From positions 7,637 through 71,636 of the forward strand of contig CAXTXE010000016.1 of assembly GCA_964248165.1 (NCBI GenBank): a DNA stretch of 64,000 nt, read 5' to 3'. The position numbers were made by a program, and so were the translations under genes. The stretch comes from an uncultured Terriglobus sp. (GTDB lineage Bacteria; Acidobacteriota; Terriglobia; Terriglobales; Acidobacteriaceae). The notes under the pieces are model-generated. The model was not told where the DNA came from, ran no database searches, and was given only the letters and a program-made list of their open reading frames with translations. Shown one piece after another: positions 43,357 through 53,410 of the stretch. Within the stretch, counting starts at the first letter, position 1. Every line of letters begins with the position of its first letter.

Positions 43357-45335
43357 AGTTTTTCGATGTCCACGGAAAGGAAGTGCTGCTTGGACGGGTA
43401 CTGGGCAGGGGCGGTGAAGCCGCCGTGCACAGCATCGAACGGGAGCCGCAATCCGTGGCAAAAATCTACCACGCGCATTCCGCCGAACGCGCCGCGAAAT
43501 TGAAGGCAATGGTGGATCACCCGCCTAAGGATCATGCGCGGCAAGGCGGCCATGTCTCCATCTGCTGGCCTGAGCGGTTGCTCTTTGATGAGCGCCGGCA
43601 GTGTGCCGGATTCACTATGCCCAAGCTGGACCGCACCGCCTATGGCGAGATGCTGCGGTTCTACAACCCGGCGGATCGCAGGGAGTATGCGCCCAGCTTC
43701 ACCTGGGGTTACCTCTTGCGGGCGGCCATGAACGTCAGCATCGTCGTGGAAGCTATCCATGCGCGCGGCTACGTCATTGGCGACGTGAACGAGAGCAACT
43801 TCTTTATCTCCGATCAGGCACTGGTCACCATTGTCGATTGTGACTCCATGCAGGTGCGGACGCCGGGGCGTGTCTTTCGCTGCACGGTGGCCAAACCGGA
43901 GTATCTCCCGCCGGAACTGCATGGATTGGACCTGTCTCGGACTGACCGGACGCCTGAGCAGGACAACTTCTCACTGGCCATTCTGCTGTTCCTTTTGTTG
44001 ATGGAAGGCGTGCACCCCTTCAGCGGAACGTGGCAGGGCGCGGGTGATCCTCCATCCGTTGAAGAGCGGATCAGGTTGGGTGAGTCGCCGTATGCGGGCG
44101 GGAAGCACGTCCGGCCCATGCCTGCAGCACCGCCGTTTGATCTGCTGCCGCCGGAGATTCGTGCGCTCTTTGTCCGTGTCTTTGGAGCAGGGCACTCCGA
44201 CCCGTCGGCCCGTCCTTCCGCGCGCGAGTGGGGACAGGCGTTGCAGGCCGTCAAGCTGACGGAATGCAAGGCGAACTCCCAGCATTGCTACTCCGAGCAT
44301 CTCCGGTCCTGCCCGTGGTGCGCGCGCAAGGCGCTCCTAAGAGGCTTCGACCCGTACCCAGATCCGTCTACCATTGCGGCGGCAGTCCCCAAGCAGCAGC
44401 CACTGCCTGCACGCCCGTTCCGGCGCCCGGCTGCACCAGCACAGGCAGTGCCACCAGCGGCATCGGTGCCGTACACATCGCGGCCAGCGGCACCTCCATG
44501 GCGGCGCATCTGGCTAAATACCGCAATCCCTGCGCTGGAGTGGTTCGTTCCGTTGCTTGCGGCTCTGGGCAGCTTGCTGCTGTACGCACGGGCTTCGCTC
44601 ACCCAGCAGGTGCCTTACTTTCTTTCAGTCTGGCTGTTCGCTGCACTGGCAGGTTTTTTCTATGCGAAGCAAGCGCGCCGCGGATTGTTACGCCTGGTAT
44701 GCGTGGTGATTGCCGCTGGAACGCTGTATGCGCTCGGCACCGGTGTTTCTGCACCTTTGCTGGCGAGGACACCGCCGCTGTATCTCGCTGTAGGGACGTT
44801 CTTCGGTGTGCGGTTGGTGCTGCTGGGGCGGCGGCCCGGCATCCATGTTGCCGCGTACCAGGGCAGGCTGCTTCGCGCGGTCCTGGTGCATTCACTTCTT
44901 GCGCTGGCCGCGCCGCTCGCCATTACGGCCATGTTTTTGTTGGGCCGGCTTGGGATAGCACCGGTCCAGGCTCTCCTCGCGCGCACTGGACTCGGCTCAG
45001 CAGCGCTTCCGGCAGACACGCGCCTGCAGGTCTGTGGACGTGTCACGGGAAGCTGCTCCTGTCAGATCAGGGCCTCCTTTCACCGTGGCGACGCGGTCAC
45101 CCTGCTGCTCACCACTTCAGGGATGCCGGACGTGTTCGTAAGTGCGACCTGGCCGAACAACATGACGGAGAGTGTTGCTTTGCCATCACGCTGGACCGGG
45201 CAAGCTGGGCAGAACTGCAAGGCAGCCCAGTTGCTAGTGCCTAAGTCCGTGGAGGCAGGTTACGCTCGCGTGCACGTCAGCACGGGCTTGAGTGGCTCCA
45301 AAGGTATTGAAAGTGGCTTCTCGATCAGCCGTTAG
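43353..45335 (+). CDS. Ser/Thr protein kinase-like protein with Cys4 zinc ribbon, multi-pass membrane region and C-terminal extracytoplasmic domain
   Basis: LGRGGEAAVH (Gly loop), VAKIY (Lys), HARGYVIGDVNESNFF (catalytic D-x4-N), IVDCDS (DFG-equivalent), KPEYLPPE and FSLAILLFLLLMEGVHPF. CKANSQHCYSEHLRSCPWC lies at about 44265-44321. A Pro/Ala-rich linker follows, then about five hydrophobic helices and a ~100-aa tail. ATGA overlap with the phosphatase gene. Confidence 0.8.
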   Translation: MKFFDVHGKEVLLGRVLGRGGEAAVHSIEREPQSVAKIYHAHSAERAAKLKAMVDHPPKDHARQGGHVSICWPERLLFDERRQCAGFTMPKLDRTAYGEMLRFYNPADRREYAPSFTWGYLLRAAMNVSIVVEAIHARGYVIGDVNESNFFISDQALVTIVDCDSMQVRTPGRVFRCTVAKPEYLPPELHGLDLSRTDRTPEQDNFSLAILLFLLLMEGVHPFSGTWQGAGDPPSVEERIRLGESPYAGGKHVRPMPAAPPFDLLPPEIRALFVRVFGAGHSDPSARPSAREWGQALQAVKLTECKANSQHCYSEHLRSCPWCARKALLRGFDPYPDPSTIAAAVPKQQPLPARPFRRPAAPAQAVPPAASVPYTSRPAAPPWRRIWLNTAIPALEWFVPLLAALGSLLLYARASLTQQVPYFLSVWLFAALAGFFYAKQARRGLLRLVCVVIAAGTLYALGTGVSAPLLARTPPLYLAVGTFFGVRLVLLGRRPGIHVAAYQGRLLRAVLVHSLLALAAPLAITAMFLLGRLGIAPVQALLARTGLGSAALPADTRLQVCGRVTGSCSCQIRASFHRGDAVTLLLTTSGMPDVFVSATWPNNMTESVALPSRWTGQAGQNCKAAQLLVPKSVEAGYARVHVSTGLSGSKGIESGFSISR

Positions 45336-45354
45336 CGCCGCTGCTTGCATGACA

Positions 45355-45380
45355 AAGGGCATGACCGGAGCCATGCCCTT
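45355..45380. terminator. hairpin between the convergent kinase and receptor genes (REP-like)
   Basis: AAGGGCATG-accggagc-CATGCCCTT. It shares the AGCCATGCCCTTC core with the hairpin at 6120-6154. Confidence 0.5.
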
Positions 45381-45399
45381 CAAGTCGAGTGATGTGCGC

Positions 45400-48300
45400 T
45401 TAGAACTCGTACTTAAGAGCGAACTGAAACTGCCGTGAATAGGTGTTGTTGATCGCTCGCTGCGCGGATGAACGTGCGAAGTTAGTGGGCGAATTCATTG
45501 TGTTGCTGAACACACCAAAGTTGGCGTGATTCAGCACGTTGAAGCCATCCACGCTAAAGCGCATGTTGCTCTCGCGGTAGACATGGAAGTTCTTGAACAA
45601 TTCCATGTCCCAGTTGAAGATGCCCGGCTCCCGCAGCTGGCCGCGATGCATGCGCTGCGCGGGATCGATCAGGCCGATGCCTTGATTGAGGACGATGACA
45701 CCGTTACCGTCACCGCAGGTTCGCGTGCGTGACACCGGGTCCAGTTGGCCCGTGACCGGGTCGCATGGGAAGCGGCTCACACTTTGCGTAAAACCATTCT
45801 TTGCGTTGGTGTAGATGGGGCTGTTCTTTACCAGCGGAGGATTGTGGCCCGTGCCATAGTTCAGCAGAACGGCGCGGTCGTTCGTGTTTCCGTCGCGGTT
45901 TGAGTCCACGCCGGCCAGCACGATGAACGGCGTGCCGGTCTGCGCATCTACCGTGCTGGACAGGTTAAAGCCGCCGATGATCTCGTTCACGACCCCGTTG
46001 ACGTTGCCCGCCAGCGCCTTGCCGCGGCCAAACGGCAGCGCGTAGACCGTGTTCACGGCCACACGCTGGCGCACATCGAACGACGAATCACCGTAGTTCG
46101 AGCCGATGGGACGGAAGACAGTGTAGCTCTGCGCAAACTGCACCGCCGCCTGCTGCGTGGTCAGTGTGGTGTTACGCGTAGCACACTGCACCGCCGCGGT
46201 ATAGACAGGGTCGCTGGAGATGGTAGCGGCGGTAGTCTGGTTGGTCACCGTAGTCGATGTGCATGGCGTGCCTGGCGCAAGATACGGTGCAAGCAGGTTG
46301 TCATAGGCGTTCTGCGGCGAAGCCGAGTCCGTATTGCCCGCAATCTCATCCGAGATCGAATCCATGCTGTGTGCGAATGTGTACGCCAGCTGCCCTGTAA
46401 AGCCGTGCGAGGTGCGCCGCCGCAGAGACACTTCAAGGGAATGGAAGTTGGAATTGCCGTTGGACTGCACGTTGGTGATGGTGCTGAACGGTCCCCGGAT
46501 GATGCCCGCGTTGATGTCCGATTGCAGCCGCGTCAGATTGCCTTGGTTGGTCGGCCGGAATGAAGCCGGGAACGTACTGCCGTAGTTCGGGTACCCCGTG
46601 GTCAGCAGCTTGGTGCCGATGCTGCCGACGTAGGCCACTGTCAGCGACGTATTCGGGTCCAGCTCTTGCCCAACGGACAGATTGAAGTGCTGTGTGTACG
46701 GCTGGCGGATATTGGGGTCAACCGTCGTCGCACTGTACACACCAGTGGTGGAGATGGTCGCCTGCGCGCCAACCGCCTGCGTGCCGTCATACACCGCCGG
46801 TGTAGTCACCGTCGCCACGGTAAAGGGTGCGTTGAAGCGCGAGTTGCCGTACACATTGTCGAAGATGCGGTCGTAGAAGTAACCCCATGCGCCGCGAAAC
46901 ACCGTTCTGCCGCTGCCCGTGACGTCGTAGGAGAAACCCAGCCGCGGCGCGACGTTGTTGTAATCCGTGCAGAACGCCTTCATGCCGAACTGCTTTGCGT
47001 TGAGCAACGCCACCTGAGTCATGTTGGCGTTGTAGGGCAAGGACGTGCAGGCTTCCGGCTGCCCGTTTGACCCGATGACGAACATGTTGGCGATCAGGTT
47101 CTTCGACTCACCAAAGGCCGGGTACAGGTCATAGCGGATGCCAGCTTCAATCGTCAGCCGGTCGGTCGCGCGCCAGGTGTCCTCCGCGAAGTAGCCCTGC
47201 TCAAACTGGCGGAAGCCGCGTTCCGAACTCCCGTTGATATAGAAGCGTTGAGCGATGTTGCTGACCGCGCCCGATTGGAAGTTTCCGAAGGTCGTATCAT
47301 TCAGCGTGACGGAAGGCCGCACCGTGGCGGAGAAGTAGCCGTTCTCCTGAATGCGGCGGACCTCCGCGCCGATCTTGAGTTCGTGCTTACCGCGCACCCA
47401 GCTCACAACATCCGTCGCGACGATGGTGTTTTCCGCGCGTCCTTGCGGGAAATTTGCGGACACACCCGTAGTGTTGTACAGGCCGGAAAGGCTGGCAAGG
47501 TTCGGCACGCCGTTTGCCACCGCGATGGATGCAGAGTACGGCGTTCCTGCAAACGGCCCAGCCGTGCGTGCCGTACCTGAGGCCAGCAGCCCAGCGCTCG
47601 GCGGCTCAGCGGGGAACGAAAGCGACTGGCGCTGCACACCGATGCGGAACGAGTTCAGCACATGCGGCGAAAACGTGAAGTTGTCTCCCAACACAAAGTG
47701 ATACGGGCGTTGCGTCTGCCCGTAGCCTGCAAATGGAACCGCCTGCGTTTGCGCCGCACTCTGCACGATATTGGCGATGCTGCCGGTCAGAAACGCCTGG
47801 TTGCGGTCAGAGAAGACCTGATCGAACCGCACAAAGCCGGTATCGCCGTCCAGCGGATTGAGTGTCTTCACGTTGATCGTGGCGGAAGCGATACCGTTGC
47901 CGCTAAAGTTGGCAGCGGTGACAGGCGTACCGCCATTGGAGACTGCCGGAAAGGTCGCTCGCAACAAGGCCTGCACGGCTGGCTGCGTTATGGCGTTGAT
48001 GGCCTCCGTCGTGGGCAGTGTCAGGGTCGAGGTCGCACTCTGCCGCTGGCGATAGCCCTCATAGGCACCCGCCATGAAGGTCTTGTCCTTGCGGATGGGG
48101 AAGCCGAAGCGGCCACCGAAATCATTCTGCTTCAGAGCCGACTTGAAGTTCAGCGGATCGAACCAGAGCCGTGTGTTGAACTTGGGATTACGCACAAACT
48201 CGAACAGTGCCGTGAATCTGGTTGGTGCCGCTCTTTGTCACGACGTTGACCACCGCGCCCGACGATCGCCCAAACTCCGCCGATCCGTTCGTGCTGATCA

Positions 48301-48980
48301 CGGTAAATTCACTGATTTCGTCAATCGGCACCGCCCCGATCTGTCCGCTGCTGCCGCCCGCCGCGCCAGACGGAACGACCGGGGCTGTTGTTGTCCACGC
48401 CGTCCACCAGGTAGTTGTTGTTGGTGGGCCGTGTTCCCGCTGCTACCACACCGGATCCCTGGCCGGTGCCACTGGCGGCGCGCGTCACGCCGGGCGACAG
48501 GTACACCAGGTTCTGGTAATCGCGCCCGTTCAGCGGCAGGTTCGCAATCTCTCTTGCCGTGAATAACCCCGTGACGCTGGTCTCCTCCGTCACGATCTTT
48601 TCACTCTCGGTCGTAACATCCACCGTTGTGGCGCTGCCACCCACCGCCAGTTTTACCGGCAGGCTCTTCGTCTGATTCAGATCGATGATCACATTGTCAA
48701 ACTTCGCGCTGGTAAATCCCGCGCTGCTGACCACCAGGGTGTACCGGCCGGGTGTGATGTTGGAAAAGCTGTACTCGCCGGCAGAGTTCACCGGAGCATT
48801 AAAGACAACGCCGGTTTCGTTGCTGGTCAGCGTCGCGGAACTGTTCGGAACCACCGCGCCCGACGCATCCGTGATGTTGCCGCGCAGAGTGCCGCCAATG
48901 CTGGCCTGACCAAGCAACGATGACGTTGGAACCGCGGCAAGAACCGCGGCGCAGGCAATGCTTATGTGACTGAAGCGCAT
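45400..48980 (-). pseudogene. TonB-dependent receptor interrupted by two frameshifts
   Basis: N-terminal ORF 48321-48980 has a signal peptide, CarboxypepD_reg and LPLNGRDYQNLVYLSPGV...YLVDGVDNN. My translation of a second frame gives [59 protein letters not shown] (about 48206-48385). The third frame continues [17 protein letters not shown]... to the barrel end ...FQFALKYEF (45400). The shifts are near 48385-48397 and near 48205. Confidence 0.75.
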
Positions 48981-49261
48981 GACTCTCCTCCGAGAACAGC
49001 AGTGATGGGAAACCGCCGGGCCTGAAAATGCAAGCGCCGGTCGCAGCAGATTGTGTGAACTGAATATGAAAAAGTTACCACAGAGTGGCGTGGTGTCTTC
49101 TTGCCATGAAGCGACACTGACATTGCAAATGACTCATTGCTGTCCGGTGAAGCATTGAGGAACATACGTTCAGTCAGAGCCATGAACATGCCGGGGTTCC
49201 TCCGGCTGCATCTTTGTTGGAACGGGCGTATTGTTCACTCTTGAACATCGCGTTCACACGG

Positions 49262-50161
49262 ATGAACTTAGCCAACCTGCTTACGGAAGCCCGCAACCCC
49301 TCGTCAGAGAACATCGACGCGGTCTCCACCGAGTTGATGCTGCACATCATCAACGATGAGGACTACACCATCGCCGACCGCGTGCGTGAGCAGATACCGA
49401 ACATTGCCAAAGCCATTGATGCCACGTATGAGCGCGTCCTGAAGGGCGGCCGCCTGTACTACGCCGGCGCGGGTACCAGCGGCCGGCTGGGCGTGCTGGA
49501 TGCCAGCGAATGCCCTCCTACCTTTGGCGTACCGCGCGATCTGGTTCAGGGATTCATCGCCGGTGGAGATCCGGCGCTGCGCGTCTCCGCCGAGGGCGCG
49601 GAGGACAGCCGCGAACAGGGCGGCATAGACCTGCTCGCCAATGGATTCAATCAGTCGCCGGGCCTTGATGTGCTCGTGGGCATCGCCGCCAGCGGCCGCA
49701 CACCGTATGTTTTAGGAGCCATGGAGCAGGCGCGCCAGCACGGATGCCTGGTGATTGGGCTCTCGTGCGTGCCCGGCTCGCCGGTGGGAGCCGCCGCGGA
49801 CATCGCCATTACACCTGCTACCGGGCCTGAGGTCATCACGGGCTCCACGCGCATGAAGGCTGGCACGGCAACCAAGATGGTTCTGAATATGCTCTCCACC
49901 GGCCTGATGATCCGGCTGGGGCATGTCCACGGCAACCTGATGACGAACGTGCAGACGACGAACGAGAAGCTGCTGGACCGCGCCGGGCGCATTGTCGCGG
50001 CTGCCACGGGAGCCTCACCGCAGCGCGCCACGGAGCTGCTGCAGCGGGCAGGCTCGGTGCGGACGGCCATCGTCATGCAGAAGCAGGGCCTGGCCCGCGA
50101 ACAGGCCGAAGCGGCACTTGCAGCCGCCGGTGGGAACCTGCGCAAAGCCCTGAATGCCTAA
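49262..50161 (+). CDS. murQ: N-acetylmuramic acid 6-phosphate etherase
   Basis: MNLANLLTEARNPSSENIDAVSTELMLHIINDED...GGRLYYAGAGTSGRLGVLDASECPPTFG closely parallels E. coli MurQ. The ORF-track start is a TTG 16 codons upstream. Confidence 0.85.
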   Translation: MNLANLLTEARNPSSENIDAVSTELMLHIINDEDYTIADRVREQIPNIAKAIDATYERVLKGGRLYYAGAGTSGRLGVLDASECPPTFGVPRDLVQGFIAGGDPALRVSAEGAEDSREQGGIDLLANGFNQSPGLDVLVGIAASGRTPYVLGAMEQARQHGCLVIGLSCVPGSPVGAAADIAITPATGPEVITGSTRMKAGTATKMVLNMLSTGLMIRLGHVHGNLMTNVQTTNEKLLDRAGRIVAAATGASPQRATELLQRAGSVRTAIVMQKQGLAREQAEAALAAAGGNLRKALNA

Positions 50162-50262
50162 ACCGAACACAAGTGCAGGCAAAGAATGTCAGACATCCGC
50201 AACCCACTTCCCGCGCTCTAAGGAACTGCTGCGCGCGTGCGTTCGGCACGGGAGAGATGCTT

Positions 50263-50613
50263 ATGGTTCGCTTGGCACACAGACTTCAGGCCGCCGGTTT
50301 GGCTGCGGCAATGCTTCTATCCGTCGCTGTCATGCCAGCCGTCGCGCAGGGCCAGCAGACGAACGGCAGCACGTCTGCGGACAAGGCAAAGCCCAAGCGC
50401 AGGAGCAAGAAGACGGCATCGGGCAGCGCCGCAGGCACAACGAACTCAGGTGCGGCGGCAACTGGCGCGACCGCCAACCGTCCCGCCAACGCGACGCCTG
50501 ATCCGATCAATCCGAGCGGCAGCCCAGAGCCGCCCACGCCCACCACGCAAGGTCCGCCGCTGCCCGCGACCACGCCGACCAACGACATCCCCAAGCCAGC
50601 ACCGCAGCAGTAG
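50263..50613 (+). CDS. small secreted low-complexity (Pro/Thr/Ala-rich) protein
   Basis: ATG 50263 is preceded by GGAGAG (50251-50256). Signal peptide MVRLAHRLQAAGLAAAMLLSVAVMPAVAQG. The rest is low complexity, so the coding call is tentative. Confidence 0.4.
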   Translation: MVRLAHRLQAAGLAAAMLLSVAVMPAVAQGQQTNGSTSADKAKPKRRSKKTASGSAAGTTNSGAAATGATANRPANATPDPINPSGSPEPPTPTTQGPPLPATTPTNDIPKPAPQQ

Positions 50614-50676
50614 TGCCTCGAACAAGCTGCTCTCTTGCGAGACGCCCACGCGACCCGGTGACTTCCAGAAACGTTT

Positions 50677-51732
50677 TTACAGGGCCTTCACAATCGCATC
50701 TGTCAAGGTTTCCGTCGTGCCCCGGCCGCCCATGTCCGGCGTGAGCGTCTCCGGTCTGTTCTCCAGCACGGACTCGAAGGCGCGAATCACGTGCGACGCA
50801 GCTTCATGCGCGCCGAGGTGATCCAGCATCATCGCTGCTGACCAGATCTGCCCGATGGGGTTGGCGATGCCTTTGCCCGCGATGTCCGGCGCGGAGCCAT
50901 GCACCGGCTCAAACATCGACGGGAAAACGCGCTCTGGATTGATGTTCCCCGATGGAGCGATACCGATTGTTCCCGTCACACCCGGCCCCAGGTCCGACAG
51001 GATATCGCCGAAAAGGTTGCTGCCCACCACAACGCTAAAGCGCTCCGGCGTCATGACAAACCGGGCAGCAAGAATATCGATGTGGTACTGATCCGCAAGG
51101 ACGTCCGGGTACTCCTGCTGAATGACCGCGAAGCGCTCATCCCAGAACGGCATGGAATGAAAGATGCCATTCGACTTGGTCGCGGAAGTCACATGCTTGC
51201 GCGGGAGATTGCGCGCAAACTTGAACGCATAGCGCAGAATCCGGTCAGTCCCGCGACGCGTAAAGATTGCCTCCTGCGTGACCATCTCATGCTCGGTACC
51301 GGCAAAGATGCGGCCTCCAATCTGCGAGTATTCACCCTCCGTGTTTTCGCGCACCACCCAGAAATCAATGTCTCCCGGTTTCGCACGTACAGGAGCCTTC
51401 ACGCCAGGGAGCAACCGTACCGGCCGCAGATTCACATACTGGTCTAACTCGCGCCGGATGGGAATCAGCAGACCCCAAAGCGAGATATGGTCGGGCACAC
51501 CCGGATAGCCCACCGCGCCAAAGAAGATGGCGTCGTGGTCGCGCAGCCGGGCGATGCCATCCTCCGGCATCATGCGCCCAGTCTTGTGATAGGTCTCGCA
51601 ACTCCAGTCAAAGTGCCGGAAGCCGTACTCTATCCCATGGAGCGACCCCACCCGCTCCAGCACGCGCAGCCCGGCAGGCACGACTTCATTGCCGATGCCA
51701 TCACCCGGAATCACCGCTATCTCAAACTTCAT
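50677..51732 (-). CDS. tartrate / D-malate dehydrogenase (decarboxylating), isopropylmalate-dehydrogenase family
   Basis: MKFEIAVIPGDGIGNEVVPAG..., DHISLWGLLIPIRRELDQYVNLRPVRLLPGV, VVRENTEGEYS, SATKSNG, NLFGDILSDLGPGVTGTIGIAPSGNINPE. Collinear with E. coli DmlA/YeaU as I recall it. Confidence 0.8.
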   Translation of the reverse strand: MKFEIAVIPGDGIGNEVVPAGLRVLERVGSLHGIEYGFRHFDWSCETYHKTGRMMPEDGIARLRDHDAIFFGAVGYPGVPDHISLWGLLIPIRRELDQYVNLRPVRLLPGVKAPVRAKPGDIDFWVVRENTEGEYSQIGGRIFAGTEHEMVTQEAIFTRRGTDRILRYAFKFARNLPRKHVTSATKSNGIFHSMPFWDERFAVIQQEYPDVLADQYHIDILAARFVMTPERFSVVVGSNLFGDILSDLGPGVTGTIGIAPSGNINPERVFPSMFEPVHGSAPDIAGKGIANPIGQIWSAAMMLDHLGAHEAASHVIRAFESVLENRPETLTPDMGGRGTTETLTDAIVKAL

Positions 51733-51868
51733 AAAAGCCGATCATAGTGGCTGCTCTTACGCGGGTCTAGCCGGCGTGTGGCGGGGCTGCGAGTTGCGAA
51801 TCACTTTTGTGTATGCACCTGGCGGAGACACGCGTATAGTCGGAGCGGATCTGACCTGAGGTGCATCC

Positions 51869-52495
51869 ATGACAGCAAACGCGCTTCCGCAGGATCTTGC
51901 TGCAAGAGCCGAATGGATCGTTAATTCGTTGCAACAAACGGACTACCAACATACGGAATTTATCGATGCGGATGCCGGCATCTACGACTGTGATTGCAGC
52001 GGCTTTGTAGGATACGTCCTGCAGCAACTTGCTCCGGCCCACTACCGGGAACTGCCGAAAGAAAGCACTCAGCCTCGCCCCAGGGCATTCGAGTATTACA
52101 ACTTCTTTTCCTCGCTGGGCACCTCTCCGAATGAGGGATGGCAGCGAGTCGAAAAGATGATGGACGCTCGCAGAGGCGATATCGTCACGTGGAGGTTTCC
52201 GGAGATTGAAGCGGGACACGACACTGGACACGTGTTGTTTCTTGCTGAAACTCCCGTCCTGAACGTCTCAGGTGTCGCGATTGTGCGTGTGTACGACGCG
52301 GCGAACACGGCACACTTTGAGGACACCCGCGGACCGCGTGACGATCAGTTTCCCAACGGCGTCGGATCGGGCTTCATCAACTTCCGGCTGGATGCGCACG
52401 GAAAGCCGGTCGCCTTCCAGTTTGCACCGGCAGATGTGTTCGTCACACTTCCTATCGCGATTGGACGAGCGATGCCATTACATGCCCCAGCCTAG
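51869..52495 (+). CDS. hypothetical protein with NlpC/P60-like (papain-fold) motifs
   Basis: GIYDCDCSGFVGYVLQQ (Cys motif) and RRGDIVTWRF...GHDTGHVLFLAE (His motif). No signal peptide. Confidence 0.5.
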   Translation: MTANALPQDLAARAEWIVNSLQQTDYQHTEFIDADAGIYDCDCSGFVGYVLQQLAPAHYRELPKESTQPRPRAFEYYNFFSSLGTSPNEGWQRVEKMMDARRGDIVTWRFPEIEAGHDTGHVLFLAETPVLNVSGVAIVRVYDAANTAHFEDTRGPRDDQFPNGVGSGFINFRLDAHGKPVAFQFAPADVFVTLPIAIGRAMPLHAPA

Positions 52496-52630
52496 CTGAG
52501 TGCCACAACCGGACCGTGCCCGTGACATAGCAGAATGGGTTGACGCAGCGCTGCCAAACCAAACTTCAAAAGCTTGGAGGACGGCGCTTGCTGCTCCTGG
52601 AACCATGAAGTGCGTTTCTCCGCACATCTT

Positions 52631-53392
52631 CTAAATACACCGGCCGCCGTCCACTTCCAGGCAGACGCCCGTGATGAACTCCGCGTCGTCGCTGGCGAGG
52701 AAGGCTGCGGCGCGGGCGACGTCCAGAGGACGCGATAACCTTCCCAGCGGGATGCCGCTGATCACTCTGGCGCGCGCCTCAGGTGTGTCTTCGCCGCCAG
52801 GCAGAAAGTCGGCGAGAAGGCCCGTCTCGCCCATGACGGGATTTACCGCGCAGACGCGAATCTTCAGCGGCGCAAGCTCCACTGCCATGGATTTGGTCAG
52901 GATCACCGCCGCGCCCTTGGAGCCGTTGTACCAGGTCAGCCCTGGTCGCGGACGCACACCGGCAGTCGATGCGATGTTGATTATCACTCCGCCGCCCGCG
53001 CGCTGAAACACTGGCACCACATGCTTCGCCGAAAGGTACAGGCTCTTCACATTCACCGCATAGACGCGGTCGAAGGTGGCCTCATCGACATCCAGCATTG
53101 GCTGCGAGCGATGCGTAACACCCGCGTTGTTGACCATGATGTCGAGCCGTCCGAAGCTGTCGAGCGCCTTCCGCACCATGGCAGCGACCTGATCGTTTTG
53201 CGTGACATCGGTGATCGACACAACGGCCTGGCCGCCTCTGTCCGTAATCTCACGCGTGACCCGGTCCGCGCCTTCGGGACGAATGTCCGCCACCACGACG
53301 CGCGCACCCTCTTCCGCAAAGAGCTTGGCGATGCCTTCGCCAAAGCCGCTGCCCGCGCCGGTCACAATCGCCACGCGCCCATCAAACTTCAT
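52631..53392 (-). CDS. SDR-family oxidoreductase
   Basis: VAIVTGAGSGFGEGIA (TGxxxGxG), NNAG, and YNGSKGAAVILTKSMA (YxxxK). Confidence 0.85.
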   Translation of the reverse strand: MKFDGRVAIVTGAGSGFGEGIAKLFAEEGARVVVADIRPEGADRVTREITDRGGQAVVSITDVTQNDQVAAMVRKALDSFGRLDIMVNNAGVTHRSQPMLDVDEATFDRVYAVNVKSLYLSAKHVVPVFQRAGGGVIINIASTAGVRPRPGLTWYNGSKGAAVILTKSMAVELAPLKIRVCAVNPVMGETGLLADFLPGGEDTPEARARVISGIPLGRLSRPLDVARAAAFLASDDAEFITGVCLEVDGGRCI

Positions 53393-53410
53393 CTCTGTCC
53401 TCCGAATGAT

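Noticed and set aside
44228-45244. 338-aa alternative-frame ORF overlapping the kinase C-terminal half
   Set aside because: The kinase frame encodes coherent hydrophobic helices and is continuous with the kinase core. The alternative frame gives Arg/Gly/Ala-rich sequence with no features.
48150-48450. Programmed ribosomal frameshifting in the split TonB-dependent receptor
   Set aside because: Two separate shifts would be required. Neither site shows an X-XXY-YYZ slippery heptamer or an obvious downstream structure. Pseudogenisation or sequencing error is more economical.
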